From the NCBI RefSeq assembly GCF_963921235.1, contig NC_086097.1, positions 66,156,001 to 66,220,000 on the forward strand: 64,000 nt of DNA, written 5' to 3'. The DNA comes from Mobula hypostoma. Its lineage: Eukaryota. Below, piece after piece: positions 40,001 to 53,100 of the stretch; the first letter of the stretch is position 1; the number at the start of each line of letters is the position of its first letter. The notes beneath the pieces were generated by a model, which worked only from the letters and a program-made list of their open reading frames with translations, was not told the origin of the DNA and searched no databases. A program made the translations under genes and the position numbers.

Positions 40001-43000
40001 GAGACTGGAGACGCGAGGCGAGGCTGGAGACTAGAGGAGCGGCGAGGCTGGAGATGCGAGACGAGTCGAGGCGAGAGTGGAGGCTGGAGACTAGTGGCGT
40101 GGCGAGGCTGGAGATTAGTGGCGAGGCGAGGCGAGGCTGGAGACTAGGGGCGAGGCGAGGCTGGAGACTAGGGGTGGAGTGAGACTGGAGGCTGGAGACT
40201 AGGGGCGAGGCAAGGCTGGAGGCTGGTGACTAGGGGCGAAGCGAAGCTGGAGGCTGGAGACTAGGGGCGAGGCTGGAGGCTGGAGACTAGGGGCGAGGCG
40301 AGGCTGGAGGCTGGAGACTAGGGGCGAGGCGAGGCTGGAGGCTGGAGACTAGAAGCGAGGCGAGAGGCTGGAGGCTGGAGACTAGAAGCGAGGCGAGGCG
40401 AGGCTGGAGGCTGGAGACTAGGGGCGAGGCGAGGCTGGAGGCTGGAGACTAGAGGCGAGGCTGGAGGCTGGAGACTAGTGGCGAGGTTGGAGGCTAGGGG
40501 CGAGGCGAGGCGAGGCTGGAGACTAGGGGCGAGGCGAGTCGAGGCTGGAGGCTGGAGACTTGGGGCGAGGCGAGGCTGTAGGCTGGAGACTAGAGGCGAG
40601 GCTGTAGGCTGGAGACTAGAGGCGAGGCTGTAGGCTGGAGACTAGAGGCGAGGTGAGGCTGGAGGCGTGAGGCAAGGCTGGAGGCTGGAGACGCGAGGCG
40701 AGGCTGGAGGCTGGAGACTAGGGGTGGGGCGAGGCTGGAGACTAGGGGCGGGGCGACGCTGGGGGCTGGAGACTTGGGGCGGGGTGAGGCGAGGCTGGAG
40801 ACTAGGGGCGAGGCAAGGCTGGAGACTAGGGGCGAGGCAAGGCTGGAGACTGGGGCGAGACGAGGCTGCAGGCTGGAGACTAGGGGCGTGGCGAGGCTGG
40901 AGGCTGGAGACCAGATGCGAGGCGAGGTTGGAGACTAGGGGCGTGGCGAGGCGAGGCTGGAGACTAGAGGTGAGTCTGGAGGGTGGAGACTAGACGCGAG
41001 GCTGGAGGCTCGAGATCAGAGGTGAGGCTGGAGACTAGAGGCGAGGCGAGGCTGGAGGCTGGAGACTAGGGGCGAGGCGAGGCTGGAGGCTGGAGACTAG
41101 GGGCGAGGCGAGGCTGGAGGCTGGAGACTAGGGGCGAGGCGAGGCTGGAGGCTGGAGACTAGAGGCGAGGCTGGAGGCTGGAGACTAGAGGCGAGGCTGG
41201 AGGCTGGAGACTGGAGACTAGACGCGAGGCTGGTTGCTCGAGACCAGAGGCGAGGCTGGAGACTAGAGGCGAGCCTGGAGGCTGGAGACTAGAAGCGAGG
41301 CGAGGCTGGAGGCTGGAGACCCGGGGCGAGGCGAGTCGAGGCTGGAGGCTGGAGACTAGGGGCGAGGCGAGGCTGGAGGCTGGAGACTTGTGGAGGCGAG
41401 GCTGTAGGCTGGAGTCTAGAGGCGAGGCGAGGCTGGAGGTGCGAGGCAAGGCTGGAGGCTGGAGACGCGAGGCGAGGCTGGAGGCTGGAGACTATGGGTG
41501 GGGCGAGGCTGGAGACTGGGGGCGAGGCAAGGCTGGAGACTAGGGGTGGAGTGAGGCTGGAGGCTGGAGACTAGGGGCGAGGCGAGGCTGGAGGCTGGAG
41601 ACTAGGGGCGAGGCGAGGCTGGAGTCTGGAGACGAGGGGCGAGGCGAGGATGGAGACTAGGGGTGGAGTGAGGCTGGAGGCTGGAGACTAGGGGCGAGGC
41701 GAGGCTGGAGGCTGGAGACTAGGGGCGAGGCGAGGCTGGAGGCTGGAGACTAGGGGCGAGGCGAGGCTGGAGACTAGAGGCGAGGCGAGGCTGGAGGCTG
41801 GAGACTAGAGGCGAGGCGAGGCTGGATACTAGAGGCGAGGCTGGAGGCTGGAGACTAGAGGCGAGGCGAGGCTGGAGGCTGGAGACTAGAGGCGAGGCGA
41901 GGCTGGAGGCGTGAGGCAAGCTGGAGGCTGGAGACGCGAGGCGAGGCTGGAGGCTGGAGACTAGGGGTGAGGCGAGGCTGGAGGCTGGAGACTAGGGGCG
42001 GGGTGAGGCGAGGCTGGAGACTAGGGGCGACGCGAGGCTGGAGGCTGGAGACCAGATGCGAGGCGAGGCTGGAGACCCGGGGCGGGGCAAGGCTGGAGGC
42101 TGGAGACTGGAGACTAGAAGCAAGGCTGGAGGCTGGAGACTAGATGCGAGGCGAGGCTGGAGGCTGGAAACTAGAGGCGAGGCGAGGCAGGAGGCCAGAG
42201 GCAAGGCGAGGGTGGAGGCTGGAGACTTGAGGCAAGGCGAGGTTGGAGGCTGGAGACTAGGGGCGGGGCGAGGCTGGAGGCTGGAGACTAGAGGCGAGGC
42301 GAGGCTGGAGGCTGGAGACTAGAGGCGAGGCGAGGCTGGAGGCTGGAGACTAGAGGCGGGGCTGGAGACTGGAGACGCGAGGCGAGGCTGGAGACTAGAG
42401 GAGAGGCGAGGCTGGAGACTTGAGGCGAGGCGAGGCTGGAGGCTGGAGACTAGGGGCGTGGCGAGGCTGGAGATTAGTGGTGAGGCGAGGCGAGGCTGGA
42501 GACTAGAGGCGAGGCGAGGCTGGAGACTAGGGGTGGAGTGAGGCTGGAGGCTGGAGACTAGGGGCGAGGCGAGGCTGGAGGCTGGAGACTAGGGGCGAGG
42601 CGAGGCTGGAGGCTGGAGACTAGAAGCGAGGCGAGTCGAGGCTGGAGGCTGGAGACTTGGGGCGAGGCGAGGCTGTAGGCTGGAGACTAGAGGCGAGGCT
42701 GTAGGCTGGAGACTAGAGGCGAGGCTGTAGGCTGGAGACTAGAGGCGAGGTGAGGCTGGAGGCGTGAGGCAAGGCTGGAGGCTGGAGACGCGAGGCGAGG
42801 CTGGAGGCTGGAGACTAGGGGCGGGGCGAGGCTGGAGGCTGGAGACTAGGGGCGGGGCGAGGCTGGAGGCTGGAGACTAGGGGCGAGGCGAGGCTGGAGG
42901 CTGGAGACTAGGGGCGAGGCAAGGCTGGAGACTAGAGGATTGGCGAGGTTGGAGACTAGAGGATTGGCGAGGCTGGTGATGTGAGACGAGTCGAGGCTGG

Positions 43001-46000
43001 AGACGCAAGGCGAGGCTGGAGACTAGGGGCAGGGCGAGGCGAGGCTGGAGGGTGGAGACTAGGGACGAGGCGAGGCTGGAGGCTGGAGACTAGCGGCGAG
43101 GCAAGGCTGGAGGCTGGAGACTAGGGGCGAGGCGAGGCTGGAGGCTGGAGACTAGGGGCGAGGCGAGGCTGGAGGCTGGAAACTAGGGGAGAGGCTGGTG
43201 GCTGGAGACTAGAGGCGTGGTGAGGCTGGTGGCTGGAGACTAGAGGCGTGGTGAGGCTGGTGGTTGGAGACTAGAGGCGAGGCGAGGCGAGGCTGGAGGC
43301 TGGATACGAGAGGCGAGACGAGGCAAGGCTGGAGGCTGGAGACGAGAGGCGAGGCGAGGCTGGAGACTAGTGGCAAGGCGAGGCTGGAGACTAGAGGCGA
43401 AGCATGGCTGGCTGGAGACTCGGGGTGGAGTGAGGCTGGAGGCTGGAGACTAGGGGCGAAGCGAGGCTGGAGGCTGGAGACTAGGGGCGAGGCGAGGCTG
43501 GAGGCTGGAGACCAGGGGCGAGGCGAGGCGAGGCTGGAGGCTGGAGACCAGGAGGCGAGGCGAGGCTGGAGACTAGAGGCGAGGAGGCTGGAGGCGAGAG
43601 GCGAGGCGAGGCTGGAGGCCAGAGGCGAGGCGAGGCTGGAGGCTGGAGACCCGGGGCGGGGCGAGGCTGGAGGCTGGAGACTAGGGGCGAGGCGAGGCTG
43701 GAGACTAGAGGCGGGGCGAGGCTGGAGGCTGGAGACTAGGGGCGAGGCGAGGCTGGAGGCTGGAGACTAGGGGCGAGGCGAGGCTGGAGGCTGGAGACTA
43801 GAGGCGAGGCTGGAGGCTGGAGACTAGAGGCGAGGCTGGAGGCTGGAGACTAGAGGCGAGGCGAGGCTGGAGGCGTGAGGCGAGGCTGGAGGTGAGGGGC
43901 GAGGCGAGGCTGGAGGCTGGAGACTAGAGGCGAGGCGAGGCTGGAGGCTGGAGACTAGAGGCGAGGCGAGGCTGGAGACTAGAGTGAGGCAAGCTGGAGG
44001 CTGGAGACGCGAGGCGAGGCTGGAGGCTGGAGACTAGGGGTGGGGCGACGCTGGGGGCTGGAGACGTGTCGAGGCTGGAGACGTAAGGCGAGGCTGGAGA
44101 CTAGGGGCAGGGCGAGGCGAGGCTGGAGGGTGGAGACTAGGGACGAGGCGAGGCTGGAGGCTGGAAACTAGCGGCAAAGTGAGGCTGGTGACGAGGGGCG
44201 AAGCGAGGCTGGAGGCTGGAGACTAGAGACGGGGCGCGGCTGGAGCCTAGAGGTGGGGCGAGGCTGGAGACTAGAGACTGGAGACGCGAGGCGAGGCTGG
44301 AGACTAGAGGCGAGGCTGGAGGCAGGAGACAAGAGGCAAGGCTGGAGGCTGGAAACTAGATGCGAGGCGAGGCTAGAGGCTGGAGACTAGAGTATTGGCG
44401 AGGTTGGAGACGAGAGGCGAGGCGAGGATGGAGACTAGTGGCAAGGCGAGGCTGGAGACTAGAGGCGAGGCATGGCTGGAGACTAGGGGTGGAGTGAGGC
44501 TGGAGGCTGGAGACTAGGGGCGAGGCGAGGCTGGAGGCTGGAGACTAGGGGCGAGGCGAGGCTGGAGGCTGGAGACCAGAGGCGAGGCGAGGCTGGAGGC
44601 TGGAGACTAGAGGCGAGGCTGGAGGCTGGAGACTAGAGGCGAGGTGAGGCTGGAGGCTGGAGACTAGGGGCGAGGCGAGGCTGGAGGCTGGAGACTAGGG
44701 GCGAGGCGAGGCTGGAGACTAGGGGCGAGGCGAGGCTGGAGACTAGGGGCGAGGCGAGGCTGGAGGCTGGAGACTAGGGGCGAGGCTGGTGGCTGGAGAC
44801 TAGAGGTGTGGTGAGGCTGGTGGCTGGAGACTAGAGGCGTGGTGAGGCTGGTGGCTGGAGACTAGAGGCGAGGCGAGGCTGGAGGCTGGAGACGAGAGGC
44901 GAGGCGAGGCTGGAGGCTGGAGACCAGAGGCGAGGCGAGGCTGGAGGCTGGAGACTTGAGGCGAGGCGAGGCTGGAGGCTGGAGACAAGAGGCGGGGCGA
45001 GCCTGGAGGCTGGAGACTAGAGGCGAGGCTGTAGGCTGGAGACCAGAGGCGAGGCTGGAGGCTGGAGACCAGAGGCGAGGCTGGAGGCTGGAGACCAGAG
45101 GCGAGGCGAGGCTGGAGTCTGGTGGCTAGAGGCGGGGCGAGCCTGGAGGCTGGAGACTAGAGGCGAGGCGAGGCTGGAGACTAGAGACATGGCGAGGCTG
45201 GAGGCTGGAGACTAGAGGATTGGCGAGGTTGGAGACTAGAGGATTGGCGACGCTGGTGATGTGAGACGTGTCGAGGCTGGAGACGTAAGGCGAGGCTGGA
45301 GACTAGGGGCAGGGCGAGGCGAGGCTGGAGGGTGGAGACTAGGGACGAGGCGAGGCTGGAGGCTGGAAACTAGCGGCAAAGTGAGGCTGGAGGCTGGTGA
45401 CTAGGGGCGAAGGGAGGCTGGAGGCTGGAGACTAGAGGCGGGGCGAGGCTGGAGACTAGAGCCTGGAGACGCGAGGCGAGGCTGGAGACTAGAGGAGAGG
45501 CGAGGCTGGAGACGCGAGACGAGTCGAGGCGAGAGTGGAGGCTGGAGACTAGTGGCGTGGCGAGGCTGGAGATTAGTGGCGAGGCGAGGCGAGGCTGGAG
45601 GCTGGAAACAGCGGCAAAGAGAGGCTAGAGGCTGGTGAATAGGGGCGAAGCGAGGCTGGAGGCTGGAGACTAGAGGCGGGGCGAGGCTGGAGACTAGAGG
45701 TGGGGCGAGGCTGGAGACTAGAGGTGGGGCGAGGCTGGAGACTAGAGACTGGAGACGCGAGGCGAGTCTGGAGACTAGAGGAGAGGCGAGGCTGGAGACG
45801 CGAGACGAGTCGAGGCGAGAGTGGAGGCTGGAGACTAGTGGCGTGGCGAGGCTGGAGATTAGTGGCGAGGCGAGGCTGGAGACTGGAGGCGAGGCGAGGC
45901 TGGAGACTAGGGGCGAGGCGAGGCTGGAGACTAGGGGTGGAGTGAGACTGGAGGCTGGAGACTAGGGGCGAGGCAAGGCTGGAGGCTGGTGACTAGGGGC

Positions 46001-49000
46001 GAAGCGAAGCTGGAGGCTGTAGACTAGTGGCGAGGTTGGAGGCTAGGGGCGAGGCGAGGCTGGAGGCTGGAGACTAGGGGCGAGGCGAGGCTGGAGGCTG
46101 GAGACTAGGGGCGAGGCGAGGCTGGAGGCTGGAGACTAGAGGCGAGGCGAGGCTGGAGGCTGGAGACTAGAGGCGAGGCTGGAGGCTGGAGACTAGAGGC
46201 GAGGCGAGGCTGGAGGCTGGAGACTAGAGGATTGGGAGGCTGGAGACTAGAGGCGAGGCGAGGCTGGAGGCTGGAGACTAGGGGCGGGGTGAGGCTGGAG
46301 GCTGGAGACTAGGGGCGAGGCGAGGCTGGAGACTAGGGGCGAGGCGAGGCTGCAGGCTGGAGACTAGGGGCGTGGCGAGGCGAGGCTGGAGACTAGAGGT
46401 GAGTCTGGAGGCTGGAGACTGAGGCGAGGTGAGGCTTGGAGGGTGGAGACTAGACGCGAGGCTGGAGGCTCGAGATCAGAGGTGAGGCTGGAGGCTCGAG
46501 ATCAGAGGTGAGGCTGGAGACTAGAGGCGAGGCTGGAGGCTGGAGACTAGAAGCGCGAGGCTGGAGGCTGGAGACTAGGGGCGAGGCGAGGCTGGAGGCT
46601 GGAGACTAGGGGCGAGGCGAGGCTGGAGGCTGGAGACTAGGGGCGAGGCGAGGCTGGAGGCTGGAGACTAGAGGCGAGGCTGGAGGCTGGAGACTAGAGG
46701 CGAGGCTGGAGGCTGGAGACTGAGGCGAGGTGAGGCTGGAGGGTGGAGACTAGAGGCGAGGCTGGAGGCTGGAGACCAGAGGCGAGGCTGGAGGCTGGAG
46801 ACTAGAGGCGAGGCTGGAGACTAGAGGCGAGGCGAGGCTGGAGGCTGGAGACTAGAGGCGAGGCGAGGCTGGAGACTAGAGGAGAGGCGAGGCTGGAGAC
46901 TAGAGGCGAGGCGAGGCTGGAGGCTGGAGACGAGAGGCGAGGCGAGGCTGGAGACTAGTGGCAAGGCGAGGCTGGAGACTAGAGGCGAGGCAAGGCTGGA
47001 GACTAGGGGTGGAGTGAGGCTGGAGGCTGGAGACTAGGGGTGGAGTGAGGCTGGAGGCTGGAGACTAGGGGCGAGGCAAAACTGGAGGCTGGAGACTAGG
47101 GGCGAGGCAAGGCTGGAGGCTGGAGACTAGGGGCGAGGCGAGGCTGGAGGCTGGAGACTAGAGGCGAGGCGAGGCTGGAGACTAGAGACGAGGCGAGGCT
47201 GGAGGCTGGAGACTAGGGGCGAGGCGAGGCTGGAGGCTGGAGACTAGGGGCGAGGCGAGGCTGGAGGCTGGAGACTAGGGGCGAGGCGAGGCTGGAGGCT
47301 GGAGACTAGGGGCGAGGCGAGGCTGGAGGCTGGAGACTAGGGGCGAGGCGAGGCTGGAGGCTGGAGACTAGAGGCGAGGCGAGGCTGGAGGCTGGAGACC
47401 AGATGCGAGGCGAGGCTGGAGGCTGGAGACTAGAGGCGTGGTGAGGCTGGTGGCTGGAGACTAGATGCGAGGCGAGGCTGGAGACTAGGGGCGAGGCGAG
47501 GCTGGAGGCTGGAGACAAGAGGCGGGGCGAGCCTGGAGGCTGGAGACTAGAGGCGAGGCTGGAGGCTGGAGACTAGAGGCGAGGCGAGGCTGGAGGCTGG
47601 AGACTAGGGGCGAGGCGAGGCTGGAGGCTGGAGACTAGGGGCGAGGCGAGGCTGGAGGCTGGAGACTAGGGGCGAGGCGAGGCTGGAGACTAGGGGCGGG
47701 GTGAGGCTGGAGGCTGGAGACTAGGGGCGAGGCTGGAGGCTGGAGACTAGGGGCGAGGCGAGGCTGGAGGCTGGAGACCAGAGGCGAGGCGAGGCTGGAG
47801 GCTGGAGACCCGGGGCGGGGCGAGGCTGGAGGCTGGAGACTAGGGGCGAGGCTGGTGGCTGGAGACTAGAGGCGAGGCGAGGCTGGAGGCTGGAGACTAG
47901 AGGCGAGGCGAGGCTGGAGGCCAGAGGCGAGGCGAGGCTGGAGGCTGGAGACCAGAGGCGAGGCGAGGCTGGAGGCTGGAGACTTGAGGCGAGGCGAGGC
48001 TGGAGGCTGGAGACAAGAGGCGGGGCGAGCCAGGAGGCTGGAGACTAGAGGCGAGGCTGTAGGCTGGAAACTGGAGGCGAGGCTGGAGGCTGGAGACCAG
48101 AGGCGAGGCGAGGCTGGAGTCTGGTGGCTAGAGGCGGGGCGAGCCTGGAGGCTGGAGACTAGAGGCGAGGCGAGGCTGGAGACTAGAGACATGGCGAGGC
48201 TGGAGGCTGGAGACTAGAGGATTGGCGACGCTGGTGATGTGAGACATGTCGAGGCTGGAGATGTAAGGCGAGGCTGGAGACTAGGGGCAGGGCGAGGCGA
48301 GGCTGGAGGGTGGAGACTAGGGACGAGGCGAGGCTGGAGGCTGGAGACGAGCGGCAAAGGGAGGCTGGAGGCTGGTGACTAGGGGCGAAGTGAGGCTGGA
48401 GGCTGGAGACTAGAGGCGGGGCGAGGCTGGAGACTAGAGACTGGAGACGCGAGGCGAGGCTGGAGACTAGAGGAGAGGCGAGGCTGGAGACGCGAGACGA
48501 GTCGAGGCGAGAGTGGAGGCTGGAGACTAGTGGCGTGGCGAGGCTGGAGATTAGTGGCGAGGCGAGGCGAGGCTGGAGGCTGGAGACTAGAGGCGAGGCT
48601 GGAGGCTGGAGACTAGGGGCGAGGCGAGGCTGGAGGCTGGAGACGAGAGGCGAGGCGAGGCTGGAGACTAGAGGCGAGGCGAGGCTGGAGACTGGAGACG
48701 AGGCGAGGCGAGGCTGGAGGCTGGAGACTAGAGGCGAGGCGAGGCTGGAGATTAGTGGCGAGGCGAGGCTGGAGACTAGTGGCGAGGTGAGGCTGGAGGC
48801 TGGAGACTAGGGGCGAGGCGAGGCTGGAGACTAGGGGTGGAGTGAGGCTGGAGGCTGGAGACTAGGGGCGAGGCGAGGCTGGAGGCTGGAGACTAGGGGC
48901 GAGGCGAGGCTGGAGGCTGTAGACTAGTGGCGAGGTTGGAGGCTAGGGGCGAGGCGAGGCTGGAGGCTGGAGACTAGGGGCGAGGCGAGGCTGGAGGCTG

Positions 49001-49880
49001 GAGACTAGAGGCGAGGCGAGGCTGTAGGCTGGAGACTAGAGGCGAGGCGAGGCTGGAGGCTGGAGACTAGAGGCGAGGCTGTAGGCTGGAGACTAGAGGC
49101 GAGGCGAGGCTGGAGGCTGGAGACTTGAGGCGAGGCGAGGCTGGAGGCTGGAGACTAGGGGCGAGGCGAGTCGAGGCTGGAGGCTGGAGACTAGGGGCGA
49201 GGCGAGGCTGTAGGCTGGAGACTAGAGGCGAGGCTGTAGGCTGGAGACTAGAGGCGAGGCGAGGCTGGAGGCGTGAGGCGAGGCTGGAGGCTGGAGACAA
49301 GGGGCGAGGCGAGGCTGGAGGCTGGAGACTAGGGGCGGGGTGAGGCTGGAGGCTGGAGACTAGGGGCGAGGCGAGGCTGGAGGCTGGAGACTAGGGGCGA
49401 GGCGAGGCTGGAGGCTGGAGACTAGAGGCGAGGCTGGAGGCTGGAGACTAGAGGCGAGGCGAGGCTGGAGGCTGGAGACTAGAGGCGAGGCTGGAGGCTC
49501 GAGATCAGACATGAGGCTGGAGGCTTGAGATCAGAGGTGAGGCTGGAGACTAGAGGCGAGGCTGGAGGCTGGAGACTAGAGGCGAGGCGAGGCTGGAGGC
49601 TGGAGACCAGGGGCGAGGCGAGGCTGGAGGCTGGAGACCAGGGGCGAGGCGAGGCTGGAGACTAGAGGTGAGTCTGGAGGCAGGAGACTAGAGGCGAGGC
49701 TGGAGGCTGGAGACTAGAGGCGAGGTTGGAGGCTGGATGGTGGAGACTAGACGCGAGGCTGGAGGCTCGAGACCAGAGGTGAGGCTGGAGGCTCGAGACC
49801 AGAGGTGAGGCTGGTGACTAGGGGCGAGGCGAGGCTGGAGGCTGGAGACTAGGGGCGAGGCGAGGCTGGAGGCAGGAGAT

Positions 49881-50100
49881 TAGGGGCGAGGCGAGGCTGG
49901 AGGCTGGAGACTAGGGGCGAGGCGAGGCTGGAGGCTGGAGACTAGGGGCGAGGCGAGGCTGGAGGCTGGAGACTAGGGGCGAGGCGAGGCTGGAGGCTGG
50001 AGACTAGGGGCGAGGCGAGGCTGGAGGCTGGAGACTAGGGGCGAGGCGAGGCTGGAGGCTGGAGACTAGGGGCGAGGCGAGGCTGGAGGCTGGAGACTAG
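49881..50100 (+). repeat. ~7 perfect copies of the 31-bp consensus unit
   Basis: CTAG recurs at 49911, 49942, 49973, 50004, 50035, 50066 and 50097, a period of exactly 31. Confidence 0.95.
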
Positions 50101-53100
50101 AGGCGAGGCTGGAGGCTGGAGACTAGAGGCGAGGCTGGAGGCTGGAGACTAGAGGCGAGGTGAGGCTGGAGGGTGGAGACTAGAGGCGAGGCTGGAGGCT
50201 CGAGACCAGAGGTGAGGCTGGAGGCTCGAGACCAGAGGTGAGGCTGGAGACTAGAGGCGAGGCTGGAGACTAGAGTCGAGGCGAGGCTGGAGGCTGGAGA
50301 CCCGGGGCGGGGCGAGGCTGGAGGCTGGAGACTAGGGGCGAGGTGAGGCTGGAGGCTGGAGACTTGGGGCGAGGCGAGGCTGTAGGCTGGAGACTACAGG
50401 CGAGGCTGTAGGCTGGAGACTAGAGGCGAGGCTGGAGGTGCGAGGCAAGGCTGGAGGCTGGAGACGCGAGGCAAGGCTGGAGGCTGGAGACTAGGGGTGG
50501 GGCGAGGCTGGAGACTAGGGGCGAGGCGAGGCTGGAGACTAGGGTGGAGTGAGGCTGAAGGCTGGAGACTAGGGGCGAGGCGAGGCTGGAGGCTGGTGAC
50601 TAGGGACGGGGCGAGGCTGGAGGCTGGAGACTAGGGGCGAGGCAAGGCTGGAGACTCGGGGTTGAGTGAGGCTGGAGGCTGGAGACTAGGGGCGAGGCGA
50701 GGCTGGAGGCTGGTGACTAGGGGCGAAGCGAGGCTGGAGACTAGAGGCGGGGCGAGGCTGGAGGCTGGAGACTAGAGGCGGAGCGAGGCTGGAGACTAGA
50801 GGCGGGGCTGGAGACTGGAGATGCAAGGCGAGGCTGGAGACTGGAGGAGAGATGAGTCTGGAGTCGCGAGACGAGTCGAGGCTGGAGATGCGAGGCAAGG
50901 CGAGAGTGGAGGCTGGTGACTAGTGGCGAGGCGAGGCTGGAGACTAGTGGCGAGGCGAGGCTGGAGACTAGGGGCGAGGCGAGGCTGGAGACTAGGGGCG
51001 AGGCGAGGCTGGAGACTAGGGGCGAGGCGAGGCTGGAGGCTGGAGACTAGGGGCGAGGCGAGGCTGGAGACTAGGGGCGAGGCGAGGCTGGAGGCTGGAG
51101 ACTTGGGGCGAGGCGAGGCTGGAGGCTGGAGACTAGAGGCGAGGCGAGGCTGGAGGCTGGAGACTAGTGGCGGGGCTGGAGGCTGGAGACTAGAGGCGAG
51201 GTGAGGCTGGAGGCTGGAGACAGGGGCGAGGCGAGGCTGGAGGCTGGAGACTGGGGGCGAGGCGAGGCTGGAGGCTGGAGACTGGAGGCGTGGTGAGGCT
51301 GGAGGCTGGAGACCAGATGCGAGGCGAGGCTGTAGGCTGGAGACCCGGGGCGGGGCGAGGCTGGAGGCTGGAAACTAGGGGCGAGGCTGGTGGCTGGAGA
51401 CTAGAGGCGTGGTGAGGCTGGTGGCTGGAGACTAGAGGCGAGGCGAGGCTGGAGGCTGGAGACCCGGGGCGGGGCGAGGCTGGAGGCTGGAAACTAGGGG
51501 CGAGGCTGGAGGCTGGAGACGAGAGGCGAGGCGAGGCTGGAGGCCAGAGGCGAGGCGAGGCTGGAGGCTGGAGACTAGAGGAGGCGAGGCTGGAGGCTGG
51601 AGACTTGAGGCGAGGCGAGGCTGGAGACTTGAGGCGAGGCGAGCCTGGAGGCTGGAGACAAGAGGCGGGGCGAGCCTGGAGGCTGGTGGCAAGAGGCGGG
51701 GCGAGCCTGGAGGCTGGAGACTAGAGGCGAGGCGAGGCTGGAGACTAGAGACATGGCGAGGCTGGAGGCTGGAGACTAGAGGATTGGCGAGGTTGGAGAC
51801 TAGAGGATTGGTGACGCTGGTAATGTGAGACGTGTCGAGGCTGGAGACGAGGGGCAGGGCGAGGTGAGGCTGGAGGGTGGAGACTAGCGGCGAGGCGAGG
51901 CTGGAGGCTGGAGACTAGGGGCGAGGCGAGGCTGGAGGCTGGAGGCTGGAGACTAGAGGCGGGGCGAGGCTGGAGACTAGAGGTGGGGCGAGGCTGGAGA
52001 CTAGAGACTGGAGACGCGAGGCGAGGCTGGAGACTAGAGGAGAGGCGAGGCTGGAGACGCGAGACGAGTCGAGGCGACATTGGAGGCTGGAGACTAGTGG
52101 CGAGGCGAGGCTGGAGACTAGTGGCGAGGCGAGGCTGGAGGCTGGAGACTAGGGGCGAGGCGAGGCTGGAGGCTGGAGACTAGGGGCGAGGCGAGGCTGG
52201 AGGCTGGAGACTAGGGGCGAGGCGAGGCTGGAGGCTGGAGACTAGAGTCGGGGCGAGGCTGGAGACTAGAGGCGAGGCGAGGCTGGAGACTAGAGACTGG
52301 AGACGCGAGGTGAGGCTGGAGACTAGAGGAGAGGCGAGGCTGGAGACGCGAGACGAGTCGAGGCGAGAGTGGAGGCTGGAGACTAGTGGCGTGGCGAGGC
52401 TGGAGATTAGTGGCGAGGCGAGGCGAGGCTGGAGACTAGGGGCGAAGCGAGGCTGGAGGCTGGAAACTCATGGCAAAGTGAGGCTGGAGGCTGGTGACTA
52501 GGGGCGAAGCGAGGCTGGAGGCTGGAGACTAGAGGCGGGACGAGGCTGGAGACTAGAGGCGGGGCGAGGCTGGAGACTGGAGGCGGGGCGAGGCTGGAAA
52601 CTAGAGGTGGGGCGAGGCTGGAGATTAGAGTCTGGAGACGCGAGGCGAGGCTGGAGACTAGAGGGGAGGCGAGGCTGGAGACGCGAGACGAGTCGAGGCG
52701 AGAGTGGAGGCTGGAGATTAGTGGCGAGGCGAGGCTGGAGGCTGGTGACTAGGGCCGAAGCGAAGCTGGAGGCTGTAGACTAGTGGCGAGGCTGTAGGCT
52801 GGAGATTAGAGGCGAGGAGAGGCTGGAGGCGTGAGGCAAGGCTGGAGGCTGGAGACTAGGGGCGAGGCGAGTCGAGGCTGGAGGCTGGAGACTAGAGGCG
52901 AAGCGCGGCTGGAGGCGTGAGGCAAGCTGGAGGCTGGAGACGCGAGGCGAGGCTGGAGGCTGGAGACTAGAGGAGAGGCGAGGCTGGAGATGCGAGACAA
53001 GTCGAGGCGAGGCTGGAGGCTGGAGACTAGTGGCGAGGCGAGGCTGGAGGCTGGAGACTAGGGGCGAGGCGAGGCTGGAGGCTGGAGACTAGGGGCGAGG